DNA from: a virus | Lineage: Duplodnaviria > Caudoviricetes | Strand: one strand, 5' to 3' | Length of the DNA: 39,554 nt | IMG/VR virus record: IMGVR_UViG_3300016672_000078 | Coordinates: 1-39,554 of that record | In this document: positions 7,949 through 16,475 of the stretch, piece after piece | Layout: each line of letters starts with the position of its first letter | Numbering within the stretch: position 1 is the first letter of the stretch | Program-made: the position numbers and the translations under genes | The notes under the pieces: generated by a model | Seen by the model: only the letters and a program-made list of their open reading frames with translations | What the model was told of the DNA's origin: nothing | Database searches by the model: none

Positions 7949-8375
7949 TGGTGGGCTCCTTGGTCTGCGGTGCGGGGATGCCGTTGACGCGGCAGAACTC
8001 TGCGATGACTTCGTGAGAGAACTCGTGCAGGGCGCCGGGGTGGTACTGGTAGACCTCGTGCGAGGAAATCAGCCGGCACAGGTCAACATCCGGCAGCGGC
8101 ACGGGCGCCTGGGGTGCTGGTGCGGCCAGGGCGGCGCGGGCGTAGGCGCGCATCTGCTCAGCGTTGAACCACGATTGACCACCGCCAGCGATCAGTAGCG
8201 GGTGCGGCAACGGCGGGAGCTGTGCACCCTCAGGGGCTGGGATCGGCGCCGCATACAGTTCCGTGCCGTCCGGGAGTTGTGGGCCGAACAGCCAGACGAT
8301 GTTTCCCCGGGCGTTGTAGTCCACTCGCGCCACAGGCTGGGGGGATTGGAATTTCTCGGTCACGTCAGACCTCAC
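7938..8375 (-). CDS. Hypothetical early protein
   Basis: [30 protein letters not shown] modules typical of early accessory genes. Confidence 0.65.
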   Translation of the reverse strand: MRSDVTEKFQSPQPVARVDYNARGNIVWLFGPQLPDGTELYAAPIPAPEGAQLPPLPHPLLIAGGGQSWFNAEQMRAYARAALAAPAPQAPVPLPDVDLCRLISSHEVYQYHPGALHEFSHEVIAEFCRVNGIPAPQTKEPTNDR

Positions 8376-9423
8376 ATGGTTGCTTCGATGAAGACCCGCG
8401 CCGCTTCGGCGTTGATCGCGTTGCCGTAGGCGCGCAGGCGTCCCACTCTGGCGGTAGCCCCATGAGCCAGCGGGAATGTGCCGGGCTCAACTGGCCGCCA
8501 CCGTCCATCGCGGCAGAGGAGCCAGTCAGCAGCTCGCCAGAGGCCGTTAGTCGCGCCGGCTGCGGCGCCGGCAAGCACTCCACCGCGCTCAGGGCCTCGC
8601 GCCCCTTCAGGAATGCTGCTGTCCTGCCCTGCGTGACCTGGCCATCGCTCGACAGCGGCGTCTGCCAGGCCGCCAGGTGAAAGGCCTGGTCCGCCAGCGA
8701 GATCTGAGGATCGGTCGGCTTGCGGTTGCCGATTACTGGCGGCCGGCTCTTGGCCTGCATCATGGTCGTGTCCGGCGTGTTCCAGCCGGCGAGCTGCACC
8801 TGGTGATCCAGCGTCGTCACCGACTGGCCGCACGGCAGGCCCGCTTTTCGCGCCAGCGCCTGCTCCGGCGTGCCGCCCGGCGCCGATGCGTTCGGTGTGC
8901 CCCAGCCGGCCAGCACCGCCGCCATGCAGAGATCTTGCGGTGAGCCCTTGCGCTTGATCTCCGACAGCGCGCCGTCCAGCGAGCGAACGTTCTTCTCGCC
9001 GTCCGCTGCCCTGGTTGTCGGCCATCCAGTAGAGCCGGTCGCGGATGTGCGGAGCACCGACGCCCGCAGACGGAAACGCGACACACCCGAGGGCGTAGTC
9101 CATGCTTTCCAGGTCAGCTTGTACAAGGTCGAGCCAAGGCCCGACATCGCTGCTCGCAACCTGCTCTCCATAGACGACTGCAGGGCGGCGCTCTTGGATG
9201 AGCCAGTGGAAGGCTGGCCAGAGGTGCCGCTCGTCAGCAAACCCAGCTCCTTTGCCTGCCGAGCTGAAAGGTTGGCACGGACAGGAACCGGTCCAAACAG
9301 GTCGGTCGTCTGGCCAGCCAGCACGGCGGAGAGCCAGGCTCCAGACCCCGATGCCGGCGAAGAAGTGGCACTGTGTGAAGCCGTCGAGGTCAGCGGGGCG
9401 CACGTCCTCGATGCTTCGCTCAT
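8365..9423 (-). CDS. Overlapping alternative-frame MTase beta chain (TRD-like repeats + motif IX); start uncertain
   Basis: Same strand, different frame; GWPTT/GWGTP/GWNTP/AWQTP repeats and [18 protein letters not shown] (motif IX-like). Confidence 0.72.
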   Translation of the reverse strand: MSEASRTCAPLTSTASHSATSSPASGSGAWLSAVLAGQTTDLFGPVPVRANLSARQAKELGLLTSGTSGQPSTGSSKSAALQSSMESRLRAAMSGLGSTLYKLTWKAWTTPSGVSRFRLRASVLRTSATGSTGWPTTRAADGEKNVRSLDGALSEIKRKGSPQDLCMAAVLAGWGTPNASAPGGTPEQALARKAGLPCGQSVTTLDHQVQLAGWNTPDTTMMQAKSRPPVIGNRKPTDPQISLADQAFHLAAWQTPLSSDGQVTQGRTAAFLKGREALSAVECLPAPQPARLTASGELLTGSSAAMDGGGQLSPAHSRWLMGLPPEWDACAPTATRSTPKRRGSSSKQPCEV

Positions 9424-9514
9424 CGACGACGCCGGGCGCGATGTGTCCAGCGTCGATGAGGTTTCGGAGCCACTGAGCTGCATAGGGGTCGATCTCGTTG
9501 TAATAGGCGGTCAC
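8372..9514 (-). CDS. C5-cytosine DNA methyltransferase, alpha chain (catalytic motifs and motif X)
   Basis: FFAGIG (I), GSCPCQPFS (IV), EQV (VI), HIRDRLY (VIII), LRAYGNAI (X); YNEID/SIEDV precede motif I; no motif IX in this frame; GTG start. Confidence 0.9.
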   Translation of the reverse strand: MTAYYNEIDPYAAQWLRNLIDAGHIAPGVVDERSIEDVRPADLDGFTQCHFFAGIGVWSLALRRAGWPDDRPVWTGSCPCQPFSSAGKGAGFADERHLWPAFHWLIQERRPAVVYGEQVASSDVGPWLDLVQADLESMDYALGCVAFPSAGVGAPHIRDRLYWMADNQGSGRREERSLAGRRAVGDQAQGLTARSLHGGGAGRLGHTERIGAGRHAGAGAGAKSGPAVRPVGDDAGSPGAARRLEHAGHDHDAGQEPAASNRQPQADRSSDLAGGPGLSPGGLADAAVERWPGHAGQDSSIPEGARGPERGGVLAGAAAGATNGLWRAADWLLCRDGRWRPVEPGTFPLAHGATARVGRLRAYGNAINAEAARVFIEATM

Positions 9515-9551
9515 TTCGATGTGCTCGCGGAGGGGATGGGGTTGATGCCGT

Positions 9552-9713
9552 TCACGCTTCCTGTTCCTCGTCAGCCAGGCACTCGCGCACGGACTCGGGC
9601 GTGAGCCCCATGGCTTGTGCAACGGTGGCAATGGCGTCCTCAGTGCTGGCGAAAGCGTCGAGCTGCAGAGCCGCCTTCACGGCGTCGCGAACGTCTTTAC
9701 GGAGGTAGATCAC
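9552..9713 (-). CDS. Small hypothetical (HTH-like) protein
   Basis: GTG with AAGGAGG RBS; AIATVAQAMGLTPESVRECL. Confidence 0.6.
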   Translation of the reverse strand: MIYLRKDVRDAVKAALQLDAFASTEDAIATVAQAMGLTPESVRECLADEEQEA

Positions 9714-9726
9714 GCGCGCCTCCTTG

Positions 9727-10230
9727 TCAGCGTGCCGCCCGGGCGCGCAGCGCCTTCCGGTGGCCGTGGATGGGGTCGTGCTCAACGTAGGGAGAGGCGA
9801 ACGGAATGTCGTCATCCATGTCGTCGAAGCCCGTGGGCGCTCTGGGCGCAGCGGCCGGGCGCGGAGCCGGGCGAGGGGCCGGCGGCGGAGGTGCGGCAGG
9901 GGCCTGCTGGGGCGAGCCCGCCAGCTCGATGGCGATGACGGTGCCCACGAGCTTCGAGCGGGCGCTGCCGTCGGTGTGGGTGAAGTTCTCGATGTGGAGA
10001 TCGTCGAGGGTCGCGCAGACCTTCGTGCCGCGCGTCAGGTACGACGCCAGCGCTTCGGCGCGCTTGCCCCACAGCGAGGCATCAACCCACTGCGTCGGGC
10101 GCTTGCCCGTGGCTTGATCCTTCTGGCCGTAGGCGTAGGCGAGCGAGATGTTGACGACGGCGGTTTGATTCTGGCCGGCGTAGCGCAGTTCAACGTCGCG
10201 GCCGATGGAGAACAGGTGCGTGAAGGGCAT
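9727..10230 (-). CDS. ssb: Single-stranded DNA-binding protein
   Basis: GRDVELRY, WGKRAE, Pro-rich linker, DDMDDDIPF acidic motif (followed by a short extension). Confidence 0.93.
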   Translation of the reverse strand: MPFTHLFSIGRDVELRYAGQNQTAVVNISLAYAYGQKDQATGKRPTQWVDASLWGKRAEALASYLTRGTKVCATLDDLHIENFTHTDGSARSKLVGTVIAIELAGSPQQAPAAPPPPAPRPAPRPAAAPRAPTGFDDMDDDIPFASPYVEHDPIHGHRKALRARAAR

Positions 10231-10262
10231 CGGAGAGCTTTCAGAGTTGCGGGGTGGTGCGG

Positions 10263-11681
10263 TCAGATGCCGCCGAGGGTGCGAAGGGCCGACACGCGGC
10301 TCAGGATGGACAGGGCGCGCTTGCCGCCGTCCTTGGCCTGATCCATGTCGTTGACCAGTTCCTGAACGAGTTCCAGGGCCGTGGTCAGGGCTGCGCGGCA
10401 GTCCACCAGCGCGGTGATGGGGTCCACCGGCTCGGGCACGAACACGTCGGCAGCAGCAGCGGCAGCCGGCGCCGGGTCGGCGGGCTCATCGGCCACGATG
10501 CGGGCGCCGTCGTCGGGAGGCTCGACTGCCGGAGCTGCTTCGACATGGGCCGGCGCGATCCTGGCGCCCAGGCGGCCGACCCGGTTGGCGCGCTGCACTT
10601 CGGCGGCCTTGTCGGCAGCTTCGGTTTCGACCTTCTCGGCGGCATCCTTCGCGGCCAGCAGCGCGGCCAGCACCAGGCGGCGGGCGTCGGCTGCCATCGG
10701 CGCGAACTCGGCGAAGGCGGCCTCGCTCACGTCCATGCCTTCCAGCAGCACGATGGCCTCGTAAATGTCCCAGGAGCTGGCGCCTTCGAGTTCCAGCGGG
10801 CGTGCGTGGATGGCCGCGACGCGCTCCTGCAGCGTCTTGATGCGGGCGGCCTCGAAGGCGGCCATGCGCTCGCGCTCGGCCAGCTCGTCAGCCTGGGCCT
10901 GCAGGGCGCGTTCACGCTCGGCCAGTTCGGCGGCCTTGCGCTCGTTCTCTGCGGCCACGCGCGCCTGTTCGGCCTCGCGCTCGATGCGTTCCTGTTCCGC
11001 CTTGGCAGCAGCGGCCTCGCGCTCGACGGCGACGGCGTGCAGCTCGCGCATGCCGGTCAGCGTCTCGGCCTGGGCGAGCTTGGCCTTCTCGGCGAACTCC
11101 TGCCACTCGGGGCCGAAGGTCACCGCGGACAGGATCTCGATGCCCTTGGCGATGCGCTCGGCAGTCATGCCGGGCTCGCGGCAGTAGGTGACGTAGGCGC
11201 GGATCTTGGCGATGCCGGCCTCGTGTGCTGCCACGCGCTCGGCTTCCTTGGCTTTGGCGTCGGCCTTGCGCTTCTCTTCGGCCTTGATCTGTGCGTCGAT
11301 GGCATCCTCGGCCGGCTTCACGATGCCGACGATGCGCGCCACCTCGTCGGCCATCACCTTCTTGAGCGAGTTCACGTCATCCTTGACGGACTTCTCGGCG
11401 CGCTGCACCAGGAACCGGCCGTTCTCGCGCAAGTCCTGCCGAGCGGCCTTGGCCTCGGTCATGCCCTTGGTGGTGGACACGTCGTAGGCCACGTTGCGGT
11501 ACTTCTCCGCCAGCGCGCGGGCGTTGGTTTCCGCCTCCTTGAACTGCGCGAGCACGGCTTCTTTGATGCTCACGGGAACGAGAGGCTTCGGCTCGACCAC
11601 AGCCACGGGCGCGGCCGGCTTCGGCTGCTCGATCAGCGGGGGCGCCTCGATGGGCGGGAAGTCAAGAACAGGGGCGTTCAT
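10263..11681 (-). CDS. Coiled-coil phage protein of the recombination module
   Basis: Long A/E/K/R-rich ORF between exonuclease and ssb. Confidence 0.75.
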   Translation of the reverse strand: MNAPVLDFPPIEAPPLIEQPKPAAPVAVVEPKPLVPVSIKEAVLAQFKEAETNARALAEKYRNVAYDVSTTKGMTEAKAARQDLRENGRFLVQRAEKSVKDDVNSLKKVMADEVARIVGIVKPAEDAIDAQIKAEEKRKADAKAKEAERVAAHEAGIAKIRAYVTYCREPGMTAERIAKGIEILSAVTFGPEWQEFAEKAKLAQAETLTGMRELHAVAVEREAAAAKAEQERIEREAEQARVAAENERKAAELAERERALQAQADELAERERMAAFEAARIKTLQERVAAIHARPLELEGASSWDIYEAIVLLEGMDVSEAAFAEFAPMAADARRLVLAALLAAKDAAEKVETEAADKAAEVQRANRVGRLGARIAPAHVEAAPAVEPPDDGARIVADEPADPAPAAAAAADVFVPEPVDPITALVDCRAALTTALELVQELVNDMDQAKDGGKRALSILSRVSALRTLGGI

Positions 11682-11692
11682 GGGGTGGGCTT

Positions 11693-12475
11693 TCAGAAGG
11701 CGGGCTCGATCAGGGGCACCGATGCCACGGGGGCGGGTTGAGCGGCGGGGGCGGCGGCGGCTGCGGGCGGGGTGGTGCCGAGGAACGCGCGCAGCTCGTC
11801 GGCATAGCGCTCGACCACTCGGTCAAACGCCACCAAGTCGTCCAGCAGCGCGTCGATGCGGTCCTGATCGCGCTCGATGCGGATCACGGTCAGCCGCTTC
11901 TCGGGGTTGGGCAGATCCGGCACCCACAGGCACAGGTCGATCCAGTCCAGGTTCCACGCCCACACGTTCAGGTCGCACTGATCGACGTAGGCGCTGATAT
12001 CGCCGCCCAGCACGGCCTCGAAGAGCACGTTGCTGCTGACGATGGTCTTGATCTCCACGCCGCCGCGTTTCTCGGGCTCGTCGTACACCAGGCCGTCCAC
12101 CGACACGCCGAACTTGCGGTCGGGGGTGCAGACGAAGCCCGCGGCCTCCACGATGTAGCCGGTGCGGACCTCGTAGGCACGGCGGGCGAACGCTTCCTGC
12201 TCCTGGCCGAAACGCATGGCGGCGTTGGTGAAGACCTCTTCACCCTCGCCGGCACCGGCACGGGCGCGCGCCGTGTCACGGGCGTAGGTGATGGCCGCCT
12301 TGCTGGGCTCGCCGCTCTTGAGCTTGTCGCGGGCCGTCTTCGCCATGCTGCCGGTGATGACGCCCAAGCGAGCCTTCAGCCATTCCTCGGTGCCCTGCGG
12401 GGCCATGCTGACGATCCAGTCAGCGGGCAGGCCCAGCATCTGCGCGACGGTGGGGGTGTTGTCGACGGCGCTCAC
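11693..12475 (-). CDS. YqaJ / lambda-type exonuclease
   Basis: QGTEEWLKARLGVITGS, G..QE..AR..YE, SVDGLV, EIK. Confidence 0.9.
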   Translation of the reverse strand: MSAVDNTPTVAQMLGLPADWIVSMAPQGTEEWLKARLGVITGSMAKTARDKLKSGEPSKAAITYARDTARARAGAGEGEEVFTNAAMRFGQEQEAFARRAYEVRTGYIVEAAGFVCTPDRKFGVSVDGLVYDEPEKRGGVEIKTIVSSNVLFEAVLGGDISAYVDQCDLNVWAWNLDWIDLCLWVPDLPNPEKRLTVIRIERDQDRIDALLDDLVAFDRVVERYADELRAFLGTTPPAAAAAPAAQPAPVASVPLIEPAF

Positions 12476-13293
12476 TTGGCACCGCCTTGCTTCAGGGCCT
12501 TGCGGTGCTCGACGACGGCGGCCTTGTACTTCTCGAAGCCATACGGCCAGTCGGCGAGCTGCTTGTTGTTGGCCTTCCAGTGGGCGGCGGCCTCCGCGTC
12601 GGTCGTCGTGGCCTGGGCCTCGGCGATCAGGCGCACCATGAGGGCGGTCTGTGGGCCATCCGTGCCAGCGGCGCCCGCGCCATCATCGTCAGCATCCTGC
12701 TCGGCCAGGCCGAGGGCCAGCAGCATGGTGATGCGCTCCAGGTAGGAGACGGACGACTTTCGCGCCTGCATCGCATTGCGGCCGGGGCCAGCGTCGATGG
12801 GGCCGCCGAAGGCGACTTCTTCCGAGTGCCCGCCGACATGGGAGACGCGGCAAGCGATCTTGATCCAGTCCTTCTCGTCCTCGATGGTGCGCCAAGTGGT
12901 GCTCAGGCCGTGCTTCGACATGGCCTCAGTGGCTGCGTCCACAACCGCGAACAGGTCAGCGTGCTTCTTGCCCTTCAGCGGGCCGTCCTTGATTTCCTTG
13001 GAACGGATGACCCGGATGCCTTCGGCCTTGAAGGCAGCCATCGCTTCGTTGAACTGCTTGACGGCGGACTCGGCGCGGGCCTCGCGCTCCAGCTCGGCGT
13101 GCGCGCGCAGCATCGTCACCTTGTGGTTGTCCATCTGGATCTGCATTTCCACCAGCGCGCGGACTTCCGCGACTGGGGCGCCCGACTGGATGGCGTACTG
13201 CACGACGGACAGGCTGCCGCGAGCGTTGGAATCCGCAGGTGCTGCGGCGATCTGGCTGCCCGTCTCAGGGCGCTCAATGACTTCGGTGCTCAT
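12472..13293 (-). CDS. erf: ERF-family single-strand annealing protein
   Basis: HADL..V....HGLS, HVGGHSE, QARKSSVSYLERITMLLALGLA..DDDG. Confidence 0.85.
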   Translation of the reverse strand: MSTEVIERPETGSQIAAAPADSNARGSLSVVQYAIQSGAPVAEVRALVEMQIQMDNHKVTMLRAHAELEREARAESAVKQFNEAMAAFKAEGIRVIRSKEIKDGPLKGKKHADLFAVVDAATEAMSKHGLSTTWRTIEDEKDWIKIACRVSHVGGHSEEVAFGGPIDAGPGRNAMQARKSSVSYLERITMLLALGLAEQDADDDGAGAAGTDGPQTALMVRLIAEAQATTTDAEAAAHWKANNKQLADWPYGFEKYKAAVVEHRKALKQGGAK

Positions 13294-13799
13294 GCGATGT
13301 GGCTCCAGGATTTGCCAGAGCAGGCGCGATGCGCGGTCATCCGCGTCACGCCGAACTCGTTGGCGAGGGTTGCGAAAGAGGCGCCCTGACTGCGACGTGC
13401 GCGCAGGGCTCGAACGGTTTCGTCGGTCAGCTTGGCCGCTGGGTGGCGTTCGCCAACCGTGCTGGTTCCGTGGGTATCTCGGTCGGCTGCGTTCGCCGCT
13501 CGGCTGTCCCAGCGCAGGTTGCCGAGGCGGTTGTTCTGCCTGTTGCCGTCGCCGTGGCAGGCGTCTGCACCGGCCGGGCGCGGGCCAACAAAAGCCGCCA
13601 GCACGAGCGCGTGGATGTAGTGCGTTTTGGCGACGCCAGCCGCGTTCGTCAGGCGCACCGTGGGGTACGGCATGGCACGACTCGTCTGTGGCTTCATGAC
13701 GAGATTGCGAACCAGGCTGCGCACTCGCCCTTCAGTGCTGACCTCATAGAGGCCGGCGTAGTCGGCAACAGGCGCCCAGCGTTCTTGCGTGGTGTCCAT
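13290..13799 (-). CDS. NUMOD4-HNH homing endonuclease with C-terminal HTH
   Basis: ERWAPVADYAGLYEVSTEGRVRS, HALVLAAFVG, CHGDGNRQNNRLGNLRW, AKLTDETV. Confidence 0.9.
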   Translation of the reverse strand: MDTTQERWAPVADYAGLYEVSTEGRVRSLVRNLVMKPQTSRAMPYPTVRLTNAAGVAKTHYIHALVLAAFVGPRPAGADACHGDGNRQNNRLGNLRWDSRAANAADRDTHGTSTVGERHPAAKLTDETVRALRARRSQGASFATLANEFGVTRMTAHRACSGKSWSHIA

Positions 13800-13804
13800 C
13801 AGCG

Positions 13805-13924
13805 TCAAGGTAGGAGGTAGGGAAGGAGGCCGCTGTGCGCGATGCCCAGCAGCGACAGCGAAAGCAGCAGGCCGTAGGCCAGCAGTCGGGACAGCGCGCC
13901 CTCGGCGATCTCGTCGAGCCTCAT
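13805..13924 (-). CDS. 39-aa single-TM peptide (MRLDEIAEGALSRLLAYGLLLSLSLLGIAHSGLLPYLLP)
   Basis: ATGA-coupled to the upstream gene; fills the gap; absent from the ORF track. Confidence 0.55.
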   Translation of the reverse strand: MRLDEIAEGALSRLLAYGLLLSLSLLGIAHSGLLPYLLP

Positions 13925-14304
13925 CGCGCGGCCACCTGGGTTGCGGGCTTGAGCGCCGTGGCGATGACGTGGACAGCCGAGAGGGCCACCAGCAGCACCA
14001 GGGCGCCGGCTGCCAACTGGCGCCAGGGGTAGGCGGGCGGCTTGGGCCGGGGCGGGTCGGCCAGCAGCTCAGACACGGCGGAGCCCGCCTCGGTCGGCAT
14101 GCAGTCGCACTCGCCCGCCATGCCGGTGTTGCAGGTGGGGCAGAGGTTCGGCCAGGGCATGCGCTTCGCACGCTCGCGGGCCTCCACCACGTCCAGCGAG
14201 AGCGCGCGGTGGGCGCAGCCACGCGCGGCAGCCTCGGCGCTCTCTTGCCGACGGCGCTGAAGCGCGGCGAACTCGCTGGGGGTCAGGCGGGTGCGGGTGC
14301 TCAT
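13921..14304 (-). CDS. Hypothetical protein with Cys cluster and C-terminal TM helix
   Basis: CPTC..ECDC; WRQLAAGALVLLVALSAVHVIATAL. Confidence 0.65.
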   Translation of the reverse strand: MSTRTRLTPSEFAALQRRRQESAEAAARGCAHRALSLDVVEARERAKRMPWPNLCPTCNTGMAGECDCMPTEAGSAVSELLADPPRPKPPAYPWRQLAAGALVLLVALSAVHVIATALKPATQVAAR

Positions 14305-14633
14305 GCCGGCGCTCCGCAGATCCCGGCCGTGTCGTCCACTGCTGCGCACTGGTCAGCGCCCAGCACGACGGGCGCAGCAAGTCCCGCCCGCCCGTTCTCA
14401 AGGGCAGCGATTTCGATCTTCAGTTCACTGACGCGCAGGCCCCAGGACCGAGCCTGATCCTTGGAGCGCACACCGTATGCCGTGTACGCCGAGCGGGACT
14501 GCTCCCGTTCCTGCTCCGCAGCGAGTGCGTACGCCTCAGTGGCTTGCGCTTGGTACAAGCTGACAGCCTGCTGCGCTTGAGCCAGTTCGAGCTTCAACTG
14601 CTCAAGGCGGTCTGCGCGTTCAATCAGGTGCAT
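14301..14633 (-). CDS. First gene of the PL operon, coiled-coil hypothetical protein
   Basis: GGAG RBS; directly downstream of PL. Confidence 0.6.
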   Translation of the reverse strand: MHLIERADRLEQLKLELAQAQQAVSLYQAQATEAYALAAEQEREQSRSAYTAYGVRSKDQARSWGLRVSELKIEIAALENGRAGLAAPVVLGADQCAAVDDTAGICGAPA

Positions 14634-14684
14634 CGTTTGCTCCTGCCCCCGCAGCAATGTGCGTTTTCGTGGGGCTCGGAGCGC

Positions 14685-14748
14685 AGTCTAGAAAAGCTAG
14701 ACCAAAGAGTCAAGCAAAACTAGACGCCTGCATCTCGAATTGCTAGAC
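14685..14748 (-). promoter_or_regulatory. PL promoter and three OL operators (GTCTAG-N5-CTAGAC)
   Basis: Operators at 14686-14702, 14709-14725, 14732-14748 (23-bp period); minus strand TTGACT-17-TAGACT (14713-14685). Confidence 0.88.
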
Positions 14749-14763
14749 GTTGCGGCTAGACAC

Positions 14764-14786
14764 AAAAAAGCCCGCGTTCAGCGGGC
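14764..14786 (-). terminator. Intrinsic terminator of the cI-lipoprotein operon
   Basis: Minus strand GCCCGC-TGAAC-GCGGGC-TTTTTT. Confidence 0.8.
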
Positions 14787-14812
14787 GTCGGACGGCGCGA
14801 TGCGTCAGCGCG

Positions 14813-15139
14813 TCAGCGCCAGCCCTTGGCCTTCATGCAATTGGGCATCGCGCTGTTGGCCTCGGCCGCGGCTACGCCGGCCAGCACGCCTCCGGCGGCG
14901 CCAACACTCTGGGGCTGGTCCTTTGATCGGCACTCGACCTCGCCGAAGCCGGCTGCCTTGCAGCGTGTGACGCGCTCGGCAGGATCAGATGGCGTAGCAG
15001 GCCGAGCCATGGCTGCCACTTGCTTCTGGCAGTCCCACCTGTCGGCCTCGTAGTCGGCCTGCGGATTCTTGCTGTTCACAGGAGCAGCGCACCCGGCCAG
15101 GGCCGACACAACGAGCGCGAAAAATGCTTTCAGCTTCAT
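14813..15139 (-). CDS. Lipoprotein co-transcribed with cI (candidate superinfection exclusion)
   Basis: Signal peptide with lipobox LAGC; additional Cys residues; C-terminal CMKAKGW. Confidence 0.75.
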   Translation of the reverse strand: MKLKAFFALVVSALAGCAAPVNSKNPQADYEADRWDCQKQVAAMARPATPSDPAERVTRCKAAGFGEVECRSKDQPQSVGAAGGVLAGVAAAEANSAMPNCMKAKGWR

Positions 15140-15189
15140 AGGCCCTCCCTGGCCATCAGAACGGCGCCACCGGCACCCATCGATGCGTT

Positions 15190-15750
15190 CTAGATGCTGC
15201 TTGCCGGGCGCATGTACATCACGGCCACAACCTTGAACTCATCCCGCTCGAAGGTCTGGAACGCTGAGTCAAGCGCTTCTGCCTTGCCGCCCTCGGTGTA
15301 TCGGCGGATGTAGCGCCGGCCATTGGCTTCGATCAACACCACGTTGCGCGGCTGCGCAGAGTTGGCGGCCTGGAACCAGATGCGCTCGCCTTTCGAAATG
15401 CCGCGCGCCGCAAGGGCGTCATCGGGCACCTCGACCATCAAATCTGCCGGCACCACCGGCAACCTTTCCAAGCTCACTACAACCTCCCATGGCGTTAGTG
15501 GGGGAGTGTCAATTGCTTGGTAGCTCACAACGTGAGCTATGCCGGCGCCTTCGGTTGGGGGGATCAAGTCGGAGGGCAGGGCATGGCCCGTCACCTTGCT
15601 GATCATCAGTACCTGCTGATAGCTCGGCTCGTGCTTGCCGTTCATCCAATGGCCCACGTTCGCTTTCGAGCGGCCCACGGCTGCGCCCAGCTCTTCCAGC
15701 GTCAAGCCGGACTTGGCTTTGGCTTCTTGTAGCCAGCGTTGCAGATCCAT
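15190..15750 (-). CDS. cI: CI-like repressor (XRE HTH + degenerate S24 CTD)
   Basis: GLTLEELGAAVGRSKANVGHWMNGKHEPS HTH; divergent from cro with operators between. Confidence 0.9.
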   Translation of the reverse strand: MDLQRWLQEAKAKSGLTLEELGAAVGRSKANVGHWMNGKHEPSYQQVLMISKVTGHALPSDLIPPTEGAGIAHVVSYQAIDTPPLTPWEVVVSLERLPVVPADLMVEVPDDALAARGISKGERIWFQAANSAQPRNVVLIEANGRRYIRRYTEGGKAEALDSAFQTFERDEFKVVAVMYMRPASSI

Positions 15751-15759
15751 GCGGAGACT

Positions 15760-15824
15760 GTATAGATTCTCTTTACCGCCGTCGTCTCGAAAGTCTTGAC
15801 GCGCAAGTCTAGGAAACCTAGACT
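15760..15824 (+). promoter_or_regulatory. PR promoter and three OR operators
   Basis: GTATAG-N5-CTTTAC 15760-15776, GTCTCG-N5-CTTGAC 15784-15800, GTCTAG-N5-CTAGAC 15807-15823; TTGACG-17-TAGACT 15796-15824. Confidence 0.88.
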
Positions 15825-15833
15825 GCCGAGCCT

Positions 15834-16106
15834 ATGGACACCTCTCAAGACACCACGGCTCACCCGATTGACCGGGCCGCAGCCGTTCTCGGGTCGCAGG
15901 TGGCGCTGGCCGCGGTGCTTGGCGTCACCAAGGCAGCCGTAGGTCAGTGGAAGACCGAAGGGCGGCAAGTGCCCCTCGAACACTGTTTGGCAATCGAAAA
16001 GGCGACGGACGGTGTGGTCACCCGGGCGCACCTGCGCCCCGACGACTACTGGACGATCTGGCCGGACTTGCCTGCGCCGTCTGAATCGGTCGGAGCGGAG
16101 GGCTGA
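15834..16106 (+). CDS. cro: Cro-like (YdaS-type) repressor
   Basis: GSQVALAAVLGVTKAAVGQW..VP..CLAIEKATDGVVTRAHLRPD. Confidence 0.9.
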   Translation: MDTSQDTTAHPIDRAAAVLGSQVALAAVLGVTKAAVGQWKTEGRQVPLEHCLAIEKATDGVVTRAHLRPDDYWTIWPDLPAPSESVGAEG

Positions 16107-16109
16107 ACG

Positions 16110-16475
16110 ATGACCTGCACCAGTTCATCGGCCAATGCCCTCAGTTCAGCCGCCACGACGGCCGAGCAACGAATCCAGAGGGAAGCCACCGCCATGGCCT
16201 CCCAGGAGGGCATGTCGTTCTCGCGGTCGACCGGGCTGCCCGCGCGCATGGGCAAGGCGACAGAGGACTGCAAAACGAAGTTGCCGTTTGAGGTGAAGGC
16301 GGATGTAGCCAAGGTGTCGCATGCCTTGGGGATGACGGAATCCGAGTGGGTGCGCTTACAAGTCATGAAGGGGCTCTACGGGGCTGAAGTGGTGGCAAGC
16401 ATGCACCTCAACCACATCCGAGCGGCGGTCGGAATAGGGCCTCTTGCCGGCATGAACGGGGGCGACGAATCTTGA
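16110..16475 (+). CDS. Putative DNA-binding regulator in the cII position (ribbon-helix-helix-like); may start at 16194
   Basis: GKATEDCKTKLPFEVKADV....LGMTESEWVRLQV. Confidence 0.55.
   Translation: MTCTSSSANALSSAATTAEQRIQREATAMASQEGMSFSRSTGLPARMGKATEDCKTKLPFEVKADVAKVSHALGMTESEWVRLQVMKGLYGAEVVASMHLNHIRAAVGIGPLAGMNGGDES

Noticed and set aside
8365-9514. MTase as a frameshifted pseudogene or sequencing error
   Set aside because: Both frames are open across the whole overlap and frame A still ends in motif X; this fits dual coding better than one frameshift
15758-15773. Possible LexA box (CTGTATAG...) upstream of cI
   Set aside because: The right half ACAG is absent; the sequence is better explained as an OR operator and -10 region
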